A stretch of DNA of 57,008 bases from assembly GCA_040220235.1 (NCBI GenBank), contig JAVJTO010000035.1; one strand, written 5' to 3'. Source of the stretch: Coleofasciculus sp. B1-GNL1-01 (lineage in GTDB: Bacteria > Cyanobacteriota > Cyanobacteriia > Cyanobacteriales > Coleofasciculaceae). The position numbers were made by a program, and so were the translations under genes. How positions within the stretch are numbered: the stretch's first letter is position 1; every line of letters starts with the position of its first letter. Below the pieces are notes generated by a model. The model did not search any database. It saw only the letters and a list, made by a program, of their open reading frames with translations, and had not been told where the DNA came from. Below, piece by piece: positions 31,454-41,149 of this stretch.

Positions 31454-32251
31454 TCAACGAAATAACTGGGGATAAATCTGTCGCCAAGCCAACCCGGAAA
31501 AAATAGCGATCCCTAGAACCAGCCCAATTAACTCCAAAAACCAGAATTTTGGTAACCCTAGAGACCAACGCAATAGGTCAACCAAAGCAGCCAGGGGTAA
31601 TAGATTGGCGATCGTCCCCAGTATAGGCGGTAACGTTTCGCGGGGAAAGTAGGTTCCACAGAAGGTAAACATGGGAACGATGAACAAGAAAAGTGGCACG
31701 TTAATTTGGTCAATCGTTCGCATTATACCCGCCGTAAACAGTCCCATAACGCCAAATAGCATACTGCCCAAAATAATTAGGGGTAATGATATCAGTAAAT
31801 GCCAGCCTGAATAGAGTCCCCACACCACCGCCACTAATCCTGTCAAGCTACCCGCGATAGTTCCTTTGGTCGTTGCCCATAGCCAGTCCCCCAAAAACAC
31901 TTCTGTGAAGCTTAACGGCGCTGTGAGTAAAGCTTGCCATGTTTTTTGGAATTTGAGGCGAATAAAACTGCCAAAAGCCCCTTCAAAAAAAGATTGGAAT
32001 AGCACGCCAATGGCGATCATACCGGGAGCAATAAATTTTAAGTAGGGAACCGTTTCACCGTGGTAGGTGACATCGCCGACTAAGGGACTAAGCCCATAGC
32101 CAAAAGCGACGAGATAAATAATCGGTTCAGAAAGCGGTGGTAAGCTATTCACTAACCAAGTTTTCTGATAAACCCTAGCATGACGATGCCAGACTGAGTA
32201 GACTCCCCAAGGGGTAACAGAAATGCCTTTCATTGTGATTTGCGATTTCAA
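31454..32251 (-). CDS. ABC-2 permease (NodJ-like)
   Basis: YLKFIAPG, six TM segments, GTYFP. Confidence 0.88.
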   Translation of the reverse strand: MKSQITMKGISVTPWGVYSVWHRHARVYQKTWLVNSLPPLSEPIIYLVAFGYGLSPLVGDVTYHGETVPYLKFIAPGMIAIGVLFQSFFEGAFGSFIRLKFQKTWQALLTAPLSFTEVFLGDWLWATTKGTIAGSLTGLVAVVWGLYSGWHLLISLPLIILGSMLFGVMGLFTAGIMRTIDQINVPLFLFIVPMFTFCGTYFPRETLPPILGTIANLLPLAALVDLLRWSLGLPKFWFLELIGLVLGIAIFSGLAWRQIYPQLFR

Positions 32252-32415
32252 AGATTGTATTTTGTATGAATCCCTTGTGGCAGCAGATTAGCAACTGTAA
32301 GGGGGGTTTCCCCTAACCCTTTGTTGCCCCCCAGATGCTCATAAACCCGCCCCGACTCAATGCGATAATTCTTTTTTCTTTTACAAATGACAAATGGCGA
32401 AGGACAAATGAAAAA

Positions 32416-33360
32416 TTAGTCAAGTGACGTACCTGTCAGGCGCAAAAATACATCGTCTAAATTGGTATGGCGACGGGTTAAGCTAACAGGATGCGTATCA
32501 CTCAGATAGTCCCAAAGAGGGTGGGGATTGTCGGCTGGTAAGCCAATCAGGTAACCATTGCCAAAAGAGCGATACCATGTTTGATACTGATGGGCGAGTT
32601 GTTGGAGGATTTCTGCGGAAATACCCTCAATTTCTATCACCTCTGTGCCAACAGTACGCTCAATCAGTTCCTCAGGTGTGCCTTGATCAATCATTTTACC
32701 CTGTTGGAGTAAAATCAGGCGATCGCACAATCGTTGGGCTTCATCCATATAGTGGGTTGTCAACAGCACCCCACAGCCTTTTTGCTTAAGCTGACTGACC
32801 AACTTCCAAAAATCTTGCCGCGCATGGGGATCAAGCCCAGTTGTCGGTTCATCCAGAAACACCACTTGCGGCTGATTAATCAACGCCCGTGCCAACACCA
32901 GACGCCGCTTCATACCGCCAGAGAGTTGATCAACCCGATGTTTAGCATAGTCTTGCAACCCCACTTGTGCCAGTAACTCCCCTGCCCGTTTTCGGGCAGT
33001 TTTGCCAACAATCCGGTAGTGATGGGCAAAGAAAATCAAGTTATCGAAAACACTAAAATCGGGGTCAAGATTATCGTCTTGAGTCACAATTCCCATCGAG
33101 GAACGCGCCAAACGTCCTTGAGATTGGATTTGATGCTGTCCAAGTTGAACAAAACCCCGACTGGGAATTACTGCACCATAAAGCATTCCCACTGTAGTAG
33201 TTTTCCCAGCACCATTGGGACCAAGCAGACCCAAAATTTCTCCAGAATTCAGCGTAAAATTGACACCTTGAACAACATGGTTGGAACCATAAGATTTCCA
33301 CAAGTCATAAGCCGTGAGTACCACGGATTGGGTTTGAGGTTGAGCCGTTGTTAGAGTCAT
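32416..33360 (-). CDS. ABC-2 ATP-binding protein (NodI-like)
   Basis: GPNGAGKT, LSGGMKRR, LDEPTTGLD. Confidence 0.92.
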   Translation of the reverse strand: MTLTTAQPQTQSVVLTAYDLWKSYGSNHVVQGVNFTLNSGEILGLLGPNGAGKTTTVGMLYGAVIPSRGFVQLGQHQIQSQGRLARSSMGIVTQDDNLDPDFSVFDNLIFFAHHYRIVGKTARKRAGELLAQVGLQDYAKHRVDQLSGGMKRRLVLARALINQPQVVFLDEPTTGLDPHARQDFWKLVSQLKQKGCGVLLTTHYMDEAQRLCDRLILLQQGKMIDQGTPEELIERTVGTEVIEIEGISAEILQQLAHQYQTWYRSFGNGYLIGLPADNPHPLWDYLSDTHPVSLTRRHTNLDDVFLRLTGTSLD

Positions 33361-33527
33361 AAGTAATGGTGATTACACCGCCGATTGTTTACGTTGTTGC
33401 CCCTGAAAATAGAGTCAGATCGAACAGTCCCAAGGTAAGCTTCATGAATATGTAGTATATTGTATTATGTGCTTAAGTCAAGCTATCACAGGCGGTGAAG
33501 ACTGCACCTCACCCAATCAGGTTATTG

Positions 33528-33558
33528 GTCTTATGTCTTATGTCTTATGTCTTATGTC
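33528..33558. repeat. Heptamer tandem repeat (GTCTTAT)4
   Basis: Direct reading; STRR-like. Confidence 0.85.
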
Positions 33559-33592
33559 ATCCGTTATTTAATTTGAATGTATGTTATAGTTA

Positions 33593-33645
33593 ATGCCTGT
33601 TGTATTAGATGCCAATTTTTTATTCGCTTTGATATACCCGGAAAC
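33593..33645 (+). pseudogene. N-terminal remnant of a PIN/VapC toxin
   Basis: MPVVLDANFLFALI resembles a PIN N-terminus; interrupted by a REP-like GTAGGGGCGCAC...GTGCGCCC. Confidence 0.4.
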
Positions 33646-33695
33646 TGTAGGGGCGCACAGACGTGCGCCCAATTTAATCGGTCACACCACTACAA

Positions 33696-35225
<1,530 letters not shown>

Positions 35226-35237
35226 CTAAAAAATAGT

Positions 35238-35312
35238 GCCGCACAAGTTTAGAAAGCTGTTGGGTTTACCGTGACAGGGTAAGTATGTAAGCTTTCCCAA
35301 TTAGGGCGCGGC
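35238..35312 (-). ncRNA. Scaffold RNA cassette 1 carrying only an anticodon stem-loop (GUC, Asp-like)
   Basis: CGCGCCCTAATTGGGAAAGCTTACATAC-TTACC CTGTCAC GGTAA-...CAGCTTTCTAAACTTGTGCG. Confidence 0.75.
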
Positions 35313-35353
35313 GACAACTGCCATTTGTTTTTGCAAAGATGGGGTTGAGGAAA

Positions 35354-35410
35354 GGGCGACCCGAGCCTATTAAGCGGACAACGGTGTTACGTTGTGCAAG
35401 CGGGTCGCCC
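35354..35410. other. Strong hairpin between the L7/L12 paralog and cassette 1
   Basis: GGGCGACCCG...CGGGTCGCCC 10-bp stem with inner ACAACG/CGTTGT stem. Confidence 0.55.
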
Positions 35411-35513
35411 CTACATCCGAACCAAAGGTGACATTCTAAAATACTTGAATCAGAGCTTCGATCTCTGGAAATGTCCAAGATTTATTAATGCGATCGCGCA
35501 TACTCAAAATCTC

Positions 35514-35903
35514 CTACTGAACCGAAACCCCAGCCCCAGCAAGTTCTAACTGTTGCTTGATTTCTTCAGCCACTTCTGGCGTAACAGCTTCCTTCACCAC
35601 TTGGGGTACTGACTCAACAAAATCCTTGGCTTCCTTTAATCCTAATCCCATTAGCGTCCGTACCACTTTGAGAATGGCGATTTTTTTCTCTGCGGGAACA
35701 TGATCTAAAATCACATTAACCTCAGTCGGTACGGGTGGTAGTGGTGAATGGTCATCACTTAGGTGGGTTATGCTGTTATAAAATAGGGGTTTTGGAGAAG
35801 CATCGACGCCAAATGTGACTTCAATTTGCTTGACCAATTCAGAGGTTTCCAGGAGAGTTAACGATTTAAGTTGTTCTAGAATTTCAAACGTTTTGACTGA
35901 CAT
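35514..35903 (-). CDS. rplL: Ribosomal protein L7/L12 paralog
   Basis: LKSLTLLETSELVKQIE..FGV N-domain and KIAILKVVR..GLGLKEAKDFVE C-domain; atypical hinge; not in an rplKAJL context; ATG at 35903 with GGGGA RBS. Confidence 0.88.
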   Translation of the reverse strand: MSVKTFEILEQLKSLTLLETSELVKQIEVTFGVDASPKPLFYNSITHLSDDHSPLPPVPTEVNVILDHVPAEKKIAILKVVRTLMGLGLKEAKDFVESVPQVVKEAVTPEVAEEIKQQLELAGAGVSVQ

Positions 35904-35927
35904 CGACGTTTCCCCCGTAATATTAAA

Positions 35928-36053
<126 letters not shown>

Positions 36054-36089
36054 GCTCTTTATTTCTGCGGGCAAAATTGAATGGATGAA

Positions 36090-36217
36090 TCACTTCGCGC
36101 AAGTTTAAAAAGCCGTGAGTCATACGCAGGATTTGAACCTGCATGATCTTGAGCCTAAATCAAGCGCCTTTTCCATTTGGCTAGTATGTAAGCTTTTCCG
36201 GTTGGGGCGCGAAGTGA
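36090..36217 (-). ncRNA. Scaffold RNA cassette 3 with normal-order tRNA mimic (UAG, Leu-like)
   Basis: TAGCCAAATGGAAAAGGC D arm, CTTGA TTTAGGC TCAAG, GCAGGTTCAAATCCTGC T arm; closing stem TCACTTCGCGC. Confidence 0.85.
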
Positions 36218-36240
36218 ATTTCAACACTTGCAAATAAGAG

Positions 36241-36417
36241 ATATCCCGCGCAAGTTAGCAAAGCCGTATTACTTGGCGCTCTATCCATTTGAGCTATAGC
36301 TGCATTGAGTGCAGCTAGTAGGACTCGTTCGCCGTAGGCGTTCCCGAAGGGTACCTACAACCTCCCGCTTCGTAGGCGGAACAGTATGTAAGCTTCACAA
36401 GTAAGGGCGCGGGATAT
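36241..36417 (-). ncRNA. Scaffold RNA cassette 4 with circularly permuted tRNA mimic (ACG, Arg-like), T loop interrupted
   Basis: Order: anticodon arm (TCCGC CTACGAA GCGGG), T arm, closed acceptor TAGCTGC-loop-GCAGCTA, D arm GCTCAAATGGATAGAGC. Confidence 0.85.
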
Positions 36418-36500
36418 TAAGTGCTGAATTTTAGATTTTGGATTGAAGGGAATTCGGTAAAATTACCGTTATCTGTACTGATCCAAAATCTGAGTGGATT

Positions 36501-36640
36501 GGTGCGATCGCGCAAGTCAAAGCAGCTTGTTTTTTTACACCTCTCCCAGAGGCGGAGAGGGCAGGAATCGAACCTACAATCTGAGTTTAAGTCAGACGTT
36601 ACCAGTTTGTAAGCTTCTTCAGTTGGGGCGCGATCGCACC
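36501..36640 (-). ncRNA. Scaffold RNA cassette 5 with circularly permuted tRNA mimic (UAA loop, Ser-like acceptor)
   Basis: TCTGA CTTAAAC TCAGA, GTAGGTTCGATTCCTGC, closed acceptor CCTCTCC-GCCTCTG-GGAGAGG; closing stem includes HIP1 on both arms. Confidence 0.8.
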
Positions 36641-36661
36641 CGTAAATCTCGCGATGTATTG

Positions 36662-36814
36662 AGTGGGAATTCGCGCAAGTTCAAAAAGCGGTTTGTGTTT
36701 CTGAGCTACTCCCCCAAATAGTGGGGGAGAAAGGATTTGAACCTCTGACAGTTCGATTATCAATCGAATGCTCTACCGTTTGTATGCTTTTCCAGTTAGG
36801 GCGCGAATTCCACT
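36662..36814 (-). ncRNA. Scaffold RNA cassette 6 with circularly permuted tRNA mimic (GAU, Ile-like) opened in the D loop
   Basis: GGTAGAGC, TTCGA TTGATAA TCGAA, AGAGGTTCAAATCCTTT, CTCCCCC-ACTATTT-GGGGGAG, TAGCTCAG. Confidence 0.85.
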
Positions 36815-36833
36815 AATTTCTGATGCAAATACT

Positions 36834-37046
<213 letters not shown>

Positions 37047-37484
37047 TCAAATTTGATTCGATTGGTGTTCATCTTATCTATTTCTGGAGCGAACATCTTC
37101 ATTTTGTTAAAACGACCAGCATTGAGTTAGGTTCACAAACACTGATAGTTCTTAGAGTAAGAAGCGCCGCTCTAAAGAATAGAGGGTTTGGCTATAACGG
37201 ATTTGAGCAGTCATTTGATTTTGACTATTATCATTTGACTCTAAATGTTCTTTTGCCGTCATAGATGGGGTTGAATTTCGCTGATTCGGTTTAGTATCCC
37301 ACTCGATAGGCGTGAGAACATGACGAACCAGGGGGGTATACAGGAATAACATAATGAACCGATTCCGATTACAAAAATCCTGATTGACCTTCGTGAAAAT
37401 TCCCGACGTTTTATTCAATTTTCAAGGTTCAGACTGGACGTTTGAGGTTAAGAGTTGTGCCTCTCATTTCTCTGTCATGTATTT

Positions 37485-37513
37485 ATACTACATATATACT
37501 ACAGACTTGTCAA
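37485..37513 (-). promoter_or_regulatory. Sigma70-type promoter overlapped by a TGTAGTA-N4-TGTAGTA direct repeat
   Basis: TTGACA-17 bp-TAGTAT on the minus strand, pointing into the RNA-array locus. Confidence 0.7.
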
Positions 37514-37747
37514 GAGACTGGACAAAAATTTTTTTCGGGGAGTTCCTGGGGCAGAGATGTGGGGGCGGGGGAAGCCTGTAGAGACGTTGCACCGGAACGT
37601 CTGCAACATATTGGTCGGGGCGGGTTTAGTCACTTATAGGTAAAGCTAGAAACGATAATAGTAAAACCCGCCCCTACACACCGTACTACACCTGACTAGC
37701 GAAGCGAAGAGTCTGCCCAATCAACAGACGCTCCTCACCCTTAACTT

Positions 37748-38719
37748 TCAGCCGACTGCTTGCAACTGTTTAACCAAGCTAATATGAGTCCTTACCGTAC
37801 TAAAGCCAACAGATTCATAAAGCCGCAGCGCCCCCGACAGGTTTTTCGCATCAACACCCAGTTTGGCTGTTTCCACACCAGCCGCCTTGAGTTGTTGCAT
37901 CCCAGCCAGTAACATGGCTCGTCCTAACCCTTGCTTGCGAAAGCCTCGCCTGGTTCCTAGAACAGCAATCTCGCCTTCACTGCGTCCGTTGCGTTGATTC
38001 TCTTCAGGATTCACACGACAGTAGCAGAACGCCGCATACGTTCCATCTGGAGCCATCGCCAGTAGACTCAATTCCGGTTTGTAGTATGGATCTTGCAATT
38101 CATGTAATATGCGCTCAACGGTTAACTCATGATAATTCCAGTGATCGATAAATGTCTGGTTATACAGTTCTACATACGCCTCAACATCTTCTTTTCCTTT
38201 GCTGTAACCCAGAGTGAAACCGTCTGGAAGTTTGGGTTCTGGGATAGGTTCCTGGAGACTTCGCGTCATGGTGAAGAAATAGCGATCGCGCTTAAAACCA
38301 CAACGTTCTAAAATAGTAATCCGGTCAGTTTGATCAGCGCGAGAACCACAGCGCACGTTTACAGGTAAACCTCGTTCTTGACTCACCTGGCGCAAGCGTT
38401 CCTCAGCCCAAGTGATAATCTGTTCCTGCAAATCACCGCTTCGTGCTGTCGGATGAACCCGAAACCCCAGAAATCCATCAATCACTGTATCAGTCGGAAC
38501 AATCCACAGCCGACCAAAACCAATAAGCTGATCATCGGCATCTTGCCAGAGAAAGAGATCCCGTTCTTTATCGATAAAGGGGTCATCAAAGGATTGCTGG
38601 AGTTCCGTGACGGATGTGCCTTCCTCAAGCTGATCAACAGTTTCACAGGTATTGATTAAATTCGCGATCGCGTCTAAGTCGATTTCCCCACGATAGGGAC
38701 GTCGGGTAATACTATTCAT
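37748..38719 (-). CDS. Tandem-domain GNAT acetyltransferase
   Basis: LGTRRGFRKQGLG acetyl-CoA motif, ALRLYESVGF. Confidence 0.9.
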   Translation of the reverse strand: MNSITRRPYRGEIDLDAIANLINTCETVDQLEEGTSVTELQQSFDDPFIDKERDLFLWQDADDQLIGFGRLWIVPTDTVIDGFLGFRVHPTARSGDLQEQIITWAEERLRQVSQERGLPVNVRCGSRADQTDRITILERCGFKRDRYFFTMTRSLQEPIPEPKLPDGFTLGYSKGKEDVEAYVELYNQTFIDHWNYHELTVERILHELQDPYYKPELSLLAMAPDGTYAAFCYCRVNPEENQRNGRSEGEIAVLGTRRGFRKQGLGRAMLLAGMQQLKAAGVETAKLGVDAKNLSGALRLYESVGFSTVRTHISLVKQLQAVG

Positions 38720-38721
38720 CC

Positions 38722-39663
38722 TTAAATATCCTTAACATAAGCGATTTGACTGTGTGTGGTCTGGAAACCCACCGATTCGTATAACCGCCGCGCCCCAGAA
38801 GGATTTTCCGCATCGACATACAGCATGGCGGTTTCCATACCTTCTAGGTTTAACTGTTGCATCACTGCTTGTAACATGCTTCGTGCTATACCCTGCTTGC
38901 GGTAACCGCGCCGAGTACCCAGCAGATTAATCCAGCCCTGATTCCCTTGTTTGGGAATGTAGCAGTCGCAAAATCCAGCCCAAGTACCATCAGGCGCGAT
39001 CGCAACTACAGATAAGTCCGCTCGAAAGTCTGGATGCTTCAGCTTGTGCTTAAAGGCTTCAACGGTATCTGGGTGATAATTCCAGTGATCAATAAACGTA
39101 TCGTTACATAGTGCCACCCAAGCTTGAGCATCCGGTTCACCTTGAATCGGGCGTAAGGTAAAACCATCGGGTAACTGGGGTTCTGGTATCGGTTCAGACA
39201 GTGAACGCATCATCGTGAGAAAGTAGCGCTCAATCCGGAAACCATAGTTTTCCAGAAGAGTCATGCGTTTAGCTTGTTCAGCGCCAGCACCAGCCAGCAG
39301 TTTGACCGCCAGATGACGTTCTTGACAAACTTCCTGCATTCGTGCTTCTGCCCAAGCGATAATGTTCCTGTATAGAGACTCAACCCGTTGCGTGGGATGA
39401 ACACGAAACCAGAGAAAACCATCAAGGACATCGCCCTCTGTGGGAGTCATCAACCCCGCTAATGCAATTAATTGACCCTCTGCATCTTCCCACAAGCGAA
39501 TATCCCGTTGCTGATCCACTGAGGGCGCATCAAATTGCATTAATATGTCGGATACTGGGGGGTACTCGTCGGGCGGATCAACGGCGGCACAGGTTTTCAG
39601 GAGGAGTGCGATCGCATCTAAGTCGGCTTTACCCCTGTGGGAGCGCATGGTTAGAGTTGTCAT
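38722..39663 (-). CDS. Tandem-domain GNAT acetyltransferase (paralog of the neighbour)
   Basis: LGTRRGYRKQGIA, ARRLYESVGF; probable start MTTLTMR by alignment with the paralog. Confidence 0.9.
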   Translation of the reverse strand: MTTLTMRSHRGKADLDAIALLLKTCAAVDPPDEYPPVSDILMQFDAPSVDQQRDIRLWEDAEGQLIALAGLMTPTEGDVLDGFLWFRVHPTQRVESLYRNIIAWAEARMQEVCQERHLAVKLLAGAGAEQAKRMTLLENYGFRIERYFLTMMRSLSEPIPEPQLPDGFTLRPIQGEPDAQAWVALCNDTFIDHWNYHPDTVEAFKHKLKHPDFRADLSVVAIAPDGTWAGFCDCYIPKQGNQGWINLLGTRRGYRKQGIARSMLQAVMQQLNLEGMETAMLYVDAENPSGARRLYESVGFQTTHSQIAYVKDI

Positions 39664-39857
39664 AGAATTAAGCAGATGAGTGAGTTGCTGCAATTTGTGC
39701 AACTCCATAAGAATTTTACTACATGTATACTACAAGCTGGAGCAGAAATAGCACTTCATCCTGTCGATTCACCCAATTGGGTGAACTCATCGCCTAATCT
39801 GAAGCGGTTTCTATCCTCTAATAAATTGGCTACTAATCAACTTGTAAGTTAAGGATT
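39608..39857. repeat. ~250-bp direct repeat, copy 1 (GNAT 5' end and upstream region)
   Basis: Aligns by eye with 47232-47479; both copies start at HIP1 GCGATCGC. Confidence 0.9.
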
Positions 39858-39873
39858 AATTCCGTATTAAGGA

Positions 39874-40011
39874 TATAAGTAGGTGGACACAATTAAAGTT
39901 TAACGGTTGAGATTAGGCAACAGGCAACAGGCAACAGGCAATAGTAAGGGTTTGAGGGCGATTTACTTGCACTTAATGAGCGTGCCGTTTTCTTTTGTCC
40001 GACTACTTATA
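39874..40011. mobile_element. MITE-like element
   Basis: TATAAGTAGGTGGACA...TGTCCGACTACTTATA imperfect TIRs, internal (GGCAACA)n; a related end lies near 49224. Confidence 0.55.
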
Positions 40012-40234
40012 ATCTTAATAGTCAACAGGTATCGTGTTATTTTTTATAAAAATGCTCTTGATTAATCGATTTTATTGATGTAATTTAACTTATTATAAAA
40101 AATGTAATACCTAGGACTAATAATCAACAAAAAGCATTTAACAAATAAAAAATAAAGTTAATTCGGGGTTTACAAAAAAGCCTTGACAGGGTATATTTGT
40201 ACTAAGCTGTATAATTAATCAAGAAATAGTCACA

Positions 40235-41149
40235 GTGACCCTAATATCCCAAGCAGAGACTTCACCAAAAGAAGTTGCCCCTATTTTTGCCCGCCATGAA
40301 ACCTTTCACCCAAGGTTTAGTTGGCTCAAAAAAGGATTTGATGCTGCTCGTCAAGACTCCAGCGTATTTCTAAAAGACGATGCCCCCGTTATTTTAGGGG
40401 TGGGGAAGAACATGGTACGTTCTATTCGCTACTGGTGTCAAGCGTTTAAGGTTCTAGAAGAAGACCAGCCGACTGATTTCGGGTGGAAAGTTCTCGATGA
40501 TAGGGGTTATGATCCATTCCTTGAAGATCCAGCTTCGTTATGGTTACTTCATTGGTATCTGCTAAAACCGCCTTGTGAGGCTGCGGCTTGGTACTACGCT
40601 TTTAATGTATTCCGTCAAGTTGAATTTACATCTGAAGATTTGCTCAGAGGACTCAAAAACTATAGAACTGAATTAGGAACTCGTACCGCTGAATCGTCTC
40701 TCAAGAAAGATGTAACCTGTATTCTCCGCATGTATAGTCAGCCAGAAGGGAAAACGAAATTAATAGAAGACTCTATTGATTGCCCTTTTGCTGAACTTGG
40801 AATTATCCGGATGACAGTAGACGCTAAATACTATACCTTCCGCATTGGACAAAAAGTGAATCTTCCGGCTGAGATTATTGTTACGGCTTGTTTAGATTAT
40901 GCCCAAACTCGTGGCAGTTCAAAAACCATTTCAGTTTCCAGTCTGACTTACGACACGGGGAGTCCTGGGGTCGTCTTTAAACTCCCCGAAAGTGCAATTG
41001 CCGAAGCGATTGAGAAGACATCTCGTAGCACGAAAGGACTTGCCCTTTCTGATACCGCTGGATTAGTTCAATTTTCGTTTACTCAAGACGCTACTGTACT
41101 TATAGAAGAGATATTAAATCAGTATTACCGAACGAGAGGTCATCAATGA
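40235..41149 (+). CDS. DUF4007 protein (SspB-like)
   Basis: FARHETFHPRFSWLKKG, LGVGKNMVRSIRYW, DPFLEDPASLWLLHW. Confidence 0.9.
   Translation: MTLISQAETSPKEVAPIFARHETFHPRFSWLKKGFDAARQDSSVFLKDDAPVILGVGKNMVRSIRYWCQAFKVLEEDQPTDFGWKVLDDRGYDPFLEDPASLWLLHWYLLKPPCEAAAWYYAFNVFRQVEFTSEDLLRGLKNYRTELGTRTAESSLKKDVTCILRMYSQPEGKTKLIEDSIDCPFAELGIIRMTVDAKYYTFRIGQKVNLPAEIIVTACLDYAQTRGSSKTISVSSLTYDTGSPGVVFKLPESAIAEAIEKTSRSTKGLALSDTAGLVQFSFTQDATVLIEEILNQYYRTRGHQ

Noticed and set aside
40183..40215. Consensus promoter TTGACA...TATAAT for the DUF4007 operon
   Set aside because: The spacer is 21 bp, too long for a confident sigma70 call
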